The notes under the pieces were generated by a model. That model did not search any database, was not told the origin of the DNA, and saw nothing but the letters and a program-made list of their open reading frames with translations. The translations under genes were made by a program, and so were the position numbers. Below, in pieces: positions 53,428 through 64,000 of a DNA stretch of 64,000 nt (its first letter is position 1; every line of letters begins with the position of its first letter). Source of the stretch: Paraspadella gotoi (Eukaryota > Animalia > Chaetognatha); assembly GCA_051294375.1 (NCBI GenBank), contig CM119264.1, positions 28,686,696 through 28,750,695 of the forward strand, read 5' to 3'.

Positions 53428-56400
53428 TCCTCTCCCTTAAGCGTCTTTATCAACGTCATGAGTGTGGCGTGCACCAGTTTGAGCAAGTTGTTGTACCGCA
53501 GGATCTCTTGCTGCAGCGTCGTCGCAAAGGCTTGCGGCAAGGGTTCGTCGACGGCGTGGGGATTGTTCCGCGTATTGTTCACCGCGGGGGCGTTGTAGTT
53601 GGTGCCGTCGGAAGTTGACGATGAAATCGTCAAAGCTTCGCTCGCTGGTTCCGTTTTGACGGGAGCGATTCTTTGGACGCCGCGTTTGACGTCGACCTGA
53701 AAGGAACGAACTTGAGATTGACTAATCTCGTTTGCATATTGCAGCATTTAGGATAACTCGAAATAATTTTTATGTTCATGTCGGCTCATGCTTCTTGATT
53801 AAATTCTCTCGTTTGTCTTTAAGTCAAGTTCGATTATTGTAATAATTTGAGATTAGAGAGTGTGGGATATAATAATAATTTACGTAATATACCTTTAGAA
53901 TCCAAATCACCTCGTGAGGAAGCGTCGTCTTGATCTCCGTAATGACAGTAGTCACGATCTTTTCCATGGTCTTTTCGTTTTCGTCCTGCGATTGTCCAAA
54001 AGTCCCCAACTCCACCGCTGGTCCGAGAAAGGACAAGAACTGATTGGCTTTGCTTTCGTTGTAGGCGATCTCTGCGTTGACGTCCATGCCGAAGACGTCG
54101 GCGGGATCGTCGGCGGGAAGTCTGCGGATCGAATCCAGGGTCTGCTGCCAGGACGTGTCGGGGGTGACAACCCTGTAAGCCTTGTCCGAACTGTAAACGT
54201 GTCCTTCGTTCAACGTCTCCTGACAGTAAAAGCTGGAAAGGATCGTCGAGAGACACCGCTGATCCCAGACGTCGGTGACTCGACCTCCGTAGGCGATGTT
54301 GCCGCAGAGATAGTTCAACGCCCTCCAGGGAACCTCGTCGATGGCGAAGGCTTTGAGAGTTTGCTTCAACGTGTTGATGGAGACGAGGAGATCGGCGGCG
54401 GAGAAGTCGTAAGCAAAGTTCCATCCTTGAGAACCGAATTTCTTCCTTTCGTGAATGACGGCGTTGAAGAAACAAAGAGCGAAGAGCAGAGTCCTCCAAG
54501 CTTTCGGCATTTCCGCGGAACCGAAGACAGTTTCCGTCACCAACCCGGAACCGGAAGCGTCGAAGACTTTGAGCAATTGAGCCTTCAACCCGGCCGGCTC
54601 CTCGATGGCCACTTTGAGGCTGCTCTGAAGCATCGGGATCGGGATGCGCTCGTCGGGTTTCGTGCTGAGCCAGAGTCGGAACTCTCCGTCCACTTCGGAC
54701 TCGCTGGAGCTGAGAGACTCGACGACCTCCTGAAGGCGAGGCATGAAAGAAACGCCCAAGTGGCAATTCTGGAGATAGACCCACTTGCCCTTCTGGGCGA
54801 CGGCCTTGTTGATGGACTCTTCGGCCCTCGCCCCTTGACCTCTTCCCAGGGAGACCATGTCCACGTGCCACGTAGATCCACGCAATTCCTTCGCCAAGTG
54901 AAGCAACCGCTCGGTCGAGTCGCATCCGGGTCCCAAGACGAACATGATGGGTTGTCTGTTCGTCGTGTCGAGGAAGATCGATCGAAGACCTGCAAGGGGG
55001 GGGGGTCAGGTTCAGAATTCTTTATCATGGTTTATTCATAATACTATTATTATATTATCATGAATTCATGATCTTCAGTGATTTACTTATCGGTAATGTA
55101 AATAAAGAAATAAATAAATAAATACCTCAAATAACTCAATTTTTTTTTTTTTTATTAATACCAAAAACAGTATTGACAAAATCAAAAACAGTATCAGTAT
55201 CAGTATCAGCATGAGATGCAAGCTGATCAGAGATTTTAATTTGAACAATAAACTATTTATGAGTTATGAAAAAGTCACCAAGTTTTGAGATAAACTTTCA
55301 ATCATCTAAGTCGTAAATATTTTAAAAAGTATCACTAAAATATCTATAAATCATTTATAGTACTAAACAATAAAGAAAGGCACAGTGAAACCAAAAAAGC
55401 TAAATATTGAAACAAAACCTAAACTTGCAATAATTTACTACTATATGCAAATGAAATTGATGAACTCTAATGTACAAAGAAACCATCTGCCACGCACCTC
55501 GACTCGGAGCCACGTATTCTTCGCCCAACTGTTCCGTGATGAAGGATCTGATTGAAGGAAGGAGACAAATCGGGCGGAGAAACTTGATCAACAAAATCTT
55601 TTCGAAACTGCTGAGTTTTTCCCATGGAAAAACAGTCATCCCCTCGTCGTCGTCGGATGCAGGAGTCGGCAACAACGACGGAATCGTGAATGGAACTTTC
55701 ATTCTTTCGTATGGATTCTTGTATTCGTGAAAGAGCGACCACTGTGAGAGGTGATTGGCCAGACTTTGAACGAGTCCCTCGAAAGACTCGGGATGTCGAG
55801 ACTCGAGCAATTGACACTCCTGCGACATCTTCTCCGTTATCCACCAGGGGAGCTTTCTCTGGCCGGGCTCCGAAGGTTGCGGCGACGCAGGGTCTGGAGG
55901 ATCTTCGGAATCGATCGTCGCCTCGGTCGAAGCCTGGACGGAGAGGCCACGCTTGAGGCCTTTGGCGTCTTTGCTGTCGTTGGCCTTTTGTTTGGACATT
56001 CGAATCAAATACTGAGCGCTGACGAACGTCTTCCACGTTTCGGCGTCCAAAGAATCTGGACGGGATTCCGTGGAATCTGGATCGAGGGACAACATGATGC
56101 TGACGCAGAGAAGGAAGGAAAAGGGGAGTTGATGTTCGGAGAAGAGACCTTCGGAGATGTGCTTGTGGATGCAGGAAGTCAATTCGTCGATGACGTCGTC
56201 GTTGAAGGATTTAAAGTCTCTCTCTTCTCGCGGTGAAAATCTTCTCACGTTTATTTCGCTCACAGAGTCGCCATTTTGTTTTCTCATCTCTTCCACTTTT
56301 CTCAATCTCAATTTCTCCATCGTCGAAAGAATGACGTCGCCGAAAACCGAATAGAACCATTTCAATGAAAAATGGTACATGACGTTCATGCTGTGTAGAG

Positions 56401-58812
56401 AAGCCAGCACGAACCAGATGGAGGCTGCTCTAGTCGAGATCGGCATGTACTTCATGCGCGCGCTTTGTATCTTACTCTCGTCTCTCTCAGCCTTCTCCAG
56501 CCTGGCTTGGATCTCCTCGCTCATGACTTTGGTCCTGTGGAGAGTGTCCACCAGGATCTGATCGTCCAACAGATGACCCTCCCGATGTTCTAACATGAAA
56601 AGAGCTTTGTCTTCCAGAGTTTGCAAAGTAATTTTATCCTTGTCCACTTGACCCAAGAGTTGAATAAGATTTCTCTCTAACTCGGGTTGTACATGCTGCA
56701 CGGTCGAGCTCAAGAGTTGCTTGACGAGACAATCGAAGGTGATCGTGAAGTTGACGACATTGACGCGATTGCAAACCGAAGGTAAGTAAGAAGGGTTGGG
56801 GAGTGCGGTCAACATGTAAAGCCTAAAGTTTTCATTGACTTCCACTTCGCTGTTTCCTATGCGCATGATGTTTTGACCTCCGCGGTGAATGACGTCCCTC
56901 GAGAGAATCGGGTTGAGCGAAGGATCCAGAACTCCGTCGACGCCGAGCAGCATGACTTGCTGTCCGACCTGCAACGCTCGTTCCATGTCCTTGAGATACC
57001 CAGGATCTTTCGTTTTCAAAATCTGCAATTGCGGTTCCATGCCGCAAATCCATTGAAAGGCCTGACCCTGGGGATCGATTATCAAGGGATATTTTTTGTG
57101 CCGTGAAATAAAGACCGCGTTTTCGATCGAGTATTGATCGCGCGGTAAACCTTGGGTGTGCCATCTGGAGACTTGTGCCGGTTCCGTTAAAAGTTTCTTC
57201 AGGTCTAAAGTGCTGGAATCTTTCAAAAGATTCACTTTCTCGAAATTGGAAAATATTTGCTCCAACAATTGATTGCGATACTTGGACGAAAATGGTCCGA
57301 GGAAAGTGACCGCGGCGGCAGAGGCCAAGACCGTGCCTTGGACCTCGTCGAGCAGGTGTGCCAGTGACTTGACTTCCTCGGACCATCGCTGTTTCTCGTC
57401 TCCAAGAGCATGCACCAGAATCTTAGCTCTTTCCAAGCGTTCCATGGTGAGCCGCATTCGGTCGAGAAGCTCTTCCCTCTCGGATACCTGGTGGAAATGG
57501 AATTCTTATTTCAATCGTATTTGTATAAAACAAGAATGTTTACGATTGTTTATGGTTCAATTTTTATATTTATGCGTTTGTTTTAATGTTTGTATTTTAG
57601 TGTTCACTTACTGGAATTATGGGGTGTTTCTCTCTGAATATTAACTCGTGTGCAAGAAATTCCGTATTCAAATATAGTATGTTAATTAATAAGATTTCAA
57701 AGTTAGTTAAGCAAGTTTAAGCAGTTTATTCAGTTTGGCAGTCTTATTTGGTAATTAGTTGTTAGTTGTTTTATCTAATTTTTTTAATTGGTTAAATTCG
57801 TTAGTTAAACAGATAAACCAATTTAAGAACGTACCTTGTCGTCGTAATCCTTTTGAAATCTCTTCAAATGCTCCAATATGAGGGACAAGCAATCCCGTTT
57901 CCTCTTCAGCCTCTCATTGGCCAGCCCCACCGCCTCGCCCGCTTCCTCCACCTTCCGCTGCTTGGGCTGAACCATCCTCGCCACCAGGTGATAATGCTCC
58001 AGGGCGAGGATCCAGAAGCAGAGGGACTTGCAGGCCACCGAGCCTTGTCCGACTCGATCGGGAGTGAAATCGGGCTGCTTGGTGAAGCGCTTCAACCGCT
58101 TGACGAGCTTGTCGTCGAGCCCGTCCTTGTCGAAGTCCCTCAACCGCTTGACGAAGTTGGGATCCGTCAGGATGAGCTTGGCCGTCGACCAATCGGGCTT
58201 CTCGTGCAAGAGGACGCAGACGGCGCTCATCACCGTCTCCACTAGACGAGGCGGGTTCTGGTAGGCGCGGATCTCGGAGATGGACTTCTTGTCGATCTGG
58301 TCCAGAGCCTCGGTGGCTTGGGCCAGAGTCGGCAGCGCAGAGTCCAGATCCCGCTCGGCGTCGCGGGCGTACTTTTCGATGATGTCCTTTTCTCGAGCTA
58401 AGGTCGACTCTTCGTTCTGAGGGAGGAGGGGGAAGTAAAAGGAGACAGACTGACTCATGAATCGATCGACCAATGATTGATTAGTTTACTAAGTTGACCT
58501 ATTAAATATTATTATTCTAAAAAAAGATTGAGTTAATTTAAACTTTATAATTCATCGGGAACTCAGTCACTCTTTCCTTTAAATTTTGTACCTCATATTT
58601 AAACAATAACTTAAAAAAATCGTCTAAATGTGGATTTGTTGTCGTTGTTGTCTATGCAGCGGCACACCTGGATGATCTTCTGCGCCTCGGCGACGTCTTC
58701 TTTGTCTCTCTTTAATTTTTTCATCAATTCCGCTGTTTCTTTCTCCTTTCGTTCGATCAGAGGCTGAACGTTTCTCAATTCGTTCTCCATCTGGCGGACT
58801 GCCTCGGAAGCC

Positions 58813-58901
<89 letters not shown>

Positions 58902-60779
58902 AGAGAAGGAGTGAGAAAGATATTAAAATTAAAGAGAGAAGAAAAAGAGAGAGAGAGATAGAGAGAGACAGAGAGAGAGACGGTATTTATAGAAAGAAAA
59001 AAAGAGAAAGACAGACAGACAGAAAGACCGACCTGTTCCAAACAGTCCAGCCCTCCTAACAGCCTCTTTCGATTATCTTGAATCGCTACGACTTTTTCCG
59101 TCAACATCTGAGTGTAGACGTCGATCAAATCGATAAAACTAGAGGGCGTGACGAAGTGTTGGCGCCCTTCCGTCTCCTTGAAGGTCTTGGCCGCTCGGGT
59201 GACGATCTCGTAGACGAAGACGCAGGCGTTGGCGACCGTCTTGGTGTTCTCGAGGGCGAGGGCCGAGTCCACGTCGAGTTGGATCCTTCGTATTCGCATC
59301 TCCGCCACCTGTTGGGGGGGGGGCGGGGGGGGGAGACGAGAATTATTTGAAATTTAAATAATAATAAAAATGAATTCAAATAAAAATATTGAAAATAAAT
59401 ATAAAGAAATAAATAAATAAATAAACATGACGATATTAAAGATTATAAATTAATTAATTCTTAAGTTTTAGATGCCAAAAGTCCGTGTGGAAATCCGTCA
59501 TTAAGATATTTTACTTGTCCGTCCGTCCAACCTTTGTCTGGCCGTCTGTCTAGATTTCTTCATCTCAATTTATGTCTAAGTCTGTCTAAAAATCAGTCCG
59601 TACAAGTCCGACAGTCTGTTTGCCGGTCTATCAGTTTGTTTGTTTTTCTTTCAGTCTATCTGTCTTTGAAACTTTTTATCCGTACGTTCGTGAGTTGATC
59701 CATCCGTCCGTATCTATCCGTGTTTGTCAGTCAAGATCAAAATTTTCGAATCCTAATCCAAACTTACCCACCGAAATTTTCCTTCCGACCTCACCTGCAG
59801 CAGCGCGGCGAGGTCCCACTCGTCGTACCAATCTATGGTGCAGTTGTTGAGGATGGCGGGCACGGTGCGGCAGCGTTGCCGGAACTTGTTGCCCATGTGG
59901 GTGAGTGAGAGGACGACGTGGAAATGAGTCCTCACCCTGACGGCGAAAAACGCGAGGATCTCTGTGACGCTGGACTCTTTGGACGAACGTTTCCGCTTCT
60001 CTTCGAGGAGCATCTGTTGACGGAGATGTTCGACGTCGTCGTGGTCGATCACGTGACCGACCTGGGGATGGTTGGAGGGGGGGCGGTATTTGGGAAGAAC
60101 GGGGGGAGGTCTGCTAAATGTGTTGTGGAAATTAACGAACAATGTCGGACAAAAGAGCATCGCAGAAAAAGTAAATCATCTTAAAAACTAAATTCACAAA
60201 AGTAACTACTATGTTAGAATTAACTTGTTAATTTTTTAATCAACTTCTTAATTAACTTTCTCAAATAACTTAAAAACTAAATTCACAAAAGTAACTACTA
60301 TGTTAGAATTAACTTGTTAATTTCTCAATTAAATTCTTAATTAACTTTCTCAAATAACTTAAAAACTAAATTCACAAAAGTAACTACTATGTTAGAATTA
60401 ACTTCTTAATTTCTTAATTAACTTCCTAATTAACTTTCTCAAATAACTCTCGCCGACTAACTAAAAAGTTAGTAAATATCATTTCAACTTGAGCAAACCA
60501 AATTTCTCTCTCTCGTCCTCTCATCTCTCTCCTCTTCTCCTCTCACGTCTCTTCTGCGTCTCTCTACTGCCTTCATCTCTCTCGTCTTACTCAGTCTCAT
60601 CTCTGCTCTCTCTGCTCTCCTCTGTACTCACCTCATTCTTCTACCTCTCGCTCTCTACTCACTCTCGCTTCGCTCTCTCTCTCTCTTATCTCATCCCATC
60701 TCACATTCCTCTTCATCCTCTCGTCAATGGTCTCCTCTCTCTCTCATCTCTCTCTCCTCTGCTCTCTCTCTCTCTCTCT

Positions 60780-60810
<31 letters not shown>

Positions 60811-61911
60811 CTCCTCCCAACCAACCTGCGCATTATTGAGAAAGGATCCCGACATCCTCCAGGAAACTCTCGTCGACGATGTCCGTGTCGCCGAGGAAGA
60901 AGACGGTCTGAATCCCCATGACGCCGGCCTGCTTGAGGGCGCGGTTGAAGTCGTCCCGGAAGTCGGCGATGGAGTAGCCGCTGTGGACGGACAGCTTGAT
61001 GATCTCGCACTGGGTGATGTAGCAGGCCAGGCGAACGCACGTGAACTTCCCGACTCCATCGAGACCTTTATCGAAAAAAAAGGATGGGGGAGTTTTTGTG
61101 GGGATTAGGGGAAGGATTTAAGATTTGGGGATTTTAGGATTTAAGATTTAAAATGTAATTTTAAGATTTAGGATTTAAGATTTAAGTTTTAAGTGTCTTG
61201 ATATAGGATTTAAAACTTAAGATTAACAATTTAAAATTTAAGATATAAGATGTATAATAAGGCGTCGTAAAATTTCTCAATTTAACTTTAATTAAAATTC
61301 TAAAAGTGAGCGAACGAACAACATCATACTAAATGAACATTTATGTAAATAAAACAATTTATAATAAATTTTCAATTTACGCAGTAGGCCATATTTATAC
61401 TAGTACTAAATCAATAAATGTTAAAATTTCAAAACAGTTTTTTCTAAGATTTTTTTGTAGATTTGGATTCGTTATAAAAAGTTGATAAAAAGAAATATAA
61501 CTTCTTTTTGAAAATTCCTTCATTAAGTGGGTCAAAAATTAGAAAAAGCTATATTTTAAGCTGAAAATTAACTTTTTATATATTAAATATAGTTTTTTTT
61601 AATTTTTAACCCACTTAATGAAAGAATTTTTAAAAATGATTATATATTTTCTTTCATCAACTTTTGACGAGGAATTCAAATCTGCAATCAAAATTAAGAA
61701 AAGCCTATTTTGAAATTTTTCGATTTTATAAGGATAATTACTTAGTGGTAATAACCTTTCTTTTTTCGTTTTTGTATGTATTTGGGCAAAATGATTTTGT
61801 TTCCACAACGAATTTATTTTAATCATAGAAAACGTACATGTTTCGGCTTTGGATTCAAGCCTTCTTCAGCGTCATGATTTGTGAAATTTGTACAGTTTTT
61901 GTGTGAAAGAA

Positions 61912-61949
<38 letters not shown>

Positions 61950-62570
61950 AAGAGAGATAGGGCAAAGTTTCCAAATAAGGATAATACTATATATAAATAT
62001 GGCCTACTGCAAAATTAAAAAACATAAAATTATTTTTTTTTACAAATTAATGTTCACTGATGTATATTGTTCATAATTACTTTAGAATTTTCGTATTTAA
62101 CTTTCACTACGCCTTAATGTATAAAGTTTCTATGATTTAAGCTTTAATAATAGTAATCCGATGACTTTAATTTTGACAGAATTTGCTTGTGTAGGTTAGT
62201 GGAGATAAGGATTTAGATTTAAGACGGGAAGTGGTGATAAGGATTTAGATTTAAGTCAGGAAGTGGTGTTAAGGATTTAGATTTAAGTCAGGAAGTGGTG
62301 TTAAGGATTTAGATTAAGTTGGGAAGTGGTGATAAGGATTTATATTTAAGTCGGGAAGTGGTGATAAGGATTTAGATTTAAGTCGGAAAGTGGTGATAAA
62401 GCAAATAAATCCCCCAGAACTCACCCACGGTGAGGAGATGCCATCCCGGTTGATGAAGCACGCGCACCGCACGCGCGACATGCTCTGCCGCAAGTTTGAA
62501 GAAGGTCATGTCGAGCGCCTGGTGCGGACGGAAAAAAAGATATAGTAGAGAACAAAGATAGAGAAGGATG

Positions 62571-62612
<42 letters not shown>

Positions 62613-63565
62613 CAGATAGTAGAGAACAAACATAGAGAAGGATATGTAGTCGGGCATGCCTAGGTTCACCCCGCCAAGAATCATGACACTTTCAGTTGTG
62701 ACCCGGTGGCCTCATTGAGTAAAGCCATCAGCTCATGACCACTAGTACCGGGTTCAATCCCAACCAGGTACTACCTGCGGGAAGCGTGAGGACGGCCGTA
62801 AGCCGCCTTGGGGCATGGCAAACCCTCAAGCCTGGTCCAAGCCCAGGGACCGTCCATGGCTGCTAGAGGGGGTTATAGAAGTTCGGACAGTCATCTTCAG
62901 CCCACGTAGCGCCTTATCCACACTGGTGAGCCCATCCTGTCGAGGCGTATTCCAAACCTTCTGATTCAAGGCCGTTGGTCTAGCTGAAGATTGCTCCCCT
63001 CCTCCAACTGGAAGCAGTGCAGGGTGGGTTACAATCTGGGGGGCATGTAGTCGGGCATTGCCTAGGTTCACCCCGCCAAGATCATGACACTTTCAGTTGT
63101 GACCGGGGTGGCTCATTGAGTAAAGCCATCAGCTCATGACCACTAGGTACCGGGTTCAATCCCAACCAGGTACCTACCCTGCGGGAAAGCGTGAGGACGG
63201 CCGTAAGCGCGCCTTGGGGGCATGGCAAACCCTCAAGCCTGGTTCCAAGCCCGAGGACCCGTTCCATGGCTGCTAGAGGGGGTTATAGAAGTTACGGACA
63301 GTCATCTTCAGCCCACGTAGCGCCTTATCCACAGATAGATAGATAGATAGATAGATTAGATAGATAGATAGATAGATAGATAGAAAGATCTAACTTGCGA
63401 TTTGTCGACGTTTAGACGATAGTGGCATTCCTCCAACATGTGGATGAGCTCCTTGTAGGGTATTTGCTGATAAGTGGCGGCCCCGCTGACTCCGCCGATT
63501 CCGGAGGAGCTGGCGGGGAAGAAGAGGATCTGTTCAGCTTCGAGCTTGGCGGGGGTGAAGTTCAC
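51862..63565 (-). CDS. Axonemal dynein heavy chain, 3' part (AAA4, stalk/MTBD, AAA5, AAA6, C-terminal domain), divergent, possibly DNAH6/DNAH14-like. Exons: 63395-63565, 62425-62518, 60826-61065, 59795-60061, 59033-59308, 58668-58811, 57835-58416, 55498-57487, 53911-54989, 53427-53696, 53171-53341, 52734-52978, 52196-52365, 51862-52078; the gene continues beyond the window
   Basis: P-loop LLTVGLDGVGK; CTIDWYDEW; VTPSSFIDLI; EIRAYQNPP..VMSAVCVLL; PLIIDPQGQA..WI; SLGRGQG..WVYLQNCHL; HERKKFGSQGWN..YGGRVTDVWD; GVHIYGLFLDGATWD; CPVYKT..WVLRGVA. Exact paralog not determined. Confidence 0.95.
60178..60450. repeat. 90-bp tandem repeat, 3 copies
   Basis: CTTAAAACTAAATTCACAAAAGTAACTACTATGTTAGAATTAAC... 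recurs at ~60180, ~60270 and ~60360. Confidence 0.9.
61821..61879 (-). ncRNA. Minimal type I hammerhead ribozyme (Penelope-associated type)
   Basis: Minus strand: AATCAT-GACG CTGAAGA A GGCTT-gaatcca-AAGCC GAAA CATG TA CGTT..ATGATT, then AATAAA. Intact core, palindromic ACATGT stem III, GUA cleavage triplet. Confidence 0.8.
62205..62400. repeat. ~32-bp minisatellite, ~6 copies (TAAGGATTTAGATTTAAGTCRGGAAGTGGTGW)
   Basis: Directly visible tandem units in a dynein intron. Confidence 0.85.
62644..63333 (+). mobile_element. Retrozyme-like element C: ~1.7 tandem copies of a ~405 nt unit with A/B boxes and type-P5 twisters (62777-62853, 63181-63262), inserted in a (GATA)n tract
   Basis: A box TGGCTCATTGAG, B box GGTTCAATCCC. 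Consensus of the two twister copies: GCGGG AAA GCGT GA-GGA CGGCCG TAA GCGC GC CTTGGGG..CCCTCAAG CCTGG T-TCC-AAGC CCAGG-A CCCGT. Confidence 0.88.
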
Positions 63566-64000
63566 CTGGGGGTATGGGAATTTGTAAGAAAGAATATTAA
63601 AATATACTAAGGTTTAAGACTACAATATGTAAATGAGATTGAAGAGATTCGATATAATTTAAGATGGTATTATTAGAAATAGCTACCTCTTACAGTAGAC
63701 GGTTTTAGTTAATAAGCTAAGTTAATAACTTTGTACCTCTCATATATTTAGAAATTTCTTATAAATGGAGCTGGTCGAAATAAAAATGGCAAACAAAACG
63801 AGATGAATCGATTTATTGAATTGTTTTTTTCGAATTTGCTAATTGTACAAGTGAAGAGATAGATAACAATAGCCGAGTTTCGTCGCGAGCTGGGTTTGAT
63901 CCCGTAGTGAGAAATAAATTTTATGGGACAAATTATTGTTTTTTAACTTAAAAAAAAAGGGTCATTCTCAACTTTTAATTAGCGACGGAACGTGACTTAA

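Noticed and set aside
53834-58264. Long overlapping or antisense ORFs (363, 375, 189 and 184 aa)
   Set aside because: Shadows of GC-rich dynein exons.

Overview
AT-rich, microsatellite-laden, intron-rich eukaryotic DNA, most likely from an invertebrate animal, in a gappy assembly with long-read-style indel noise. Five spliced protein genes can be reconstructed: a TEKTL1/CCDC105 tektin-like gene (+, 1520-6084), a small unknown 3-exon gene (+, 7147-8076), a divergent family-B-like 7TM fragment (+, ~10773-11989), a secretin-family (class B1) GPCR (-, 14455 to at least 34898) and the 3' half of an axonemal dynein heavy chain (-, 51862 to beyond 63565). The main find is a family of small non-coding mobile elements, each with a tRNA-like Pol III head (A/B boxes) followed by a circularly permuted type-P5 twister ribozyme. 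The T1 pseudoknot covaries across three unrelated variants, and P1 is reduced to a 6-nt, mostly palindromic linker. Two of these elements are 1.6-1.7x tandem copies of ~405 and ~449 nt units, and both stop just before a shared TGGTGAGCCC motif. That is the pattern expected of twister-based circular-RNA 'retrozymes'. Also present: minimal Penelope-type hammerheads, hAT/Tc1/HINE-type non-autonomous elements, a 5.2 kb foldback structure and a probably artefactual ~4 kb duplication. All structures were read by eye; no database search or folding program was run.
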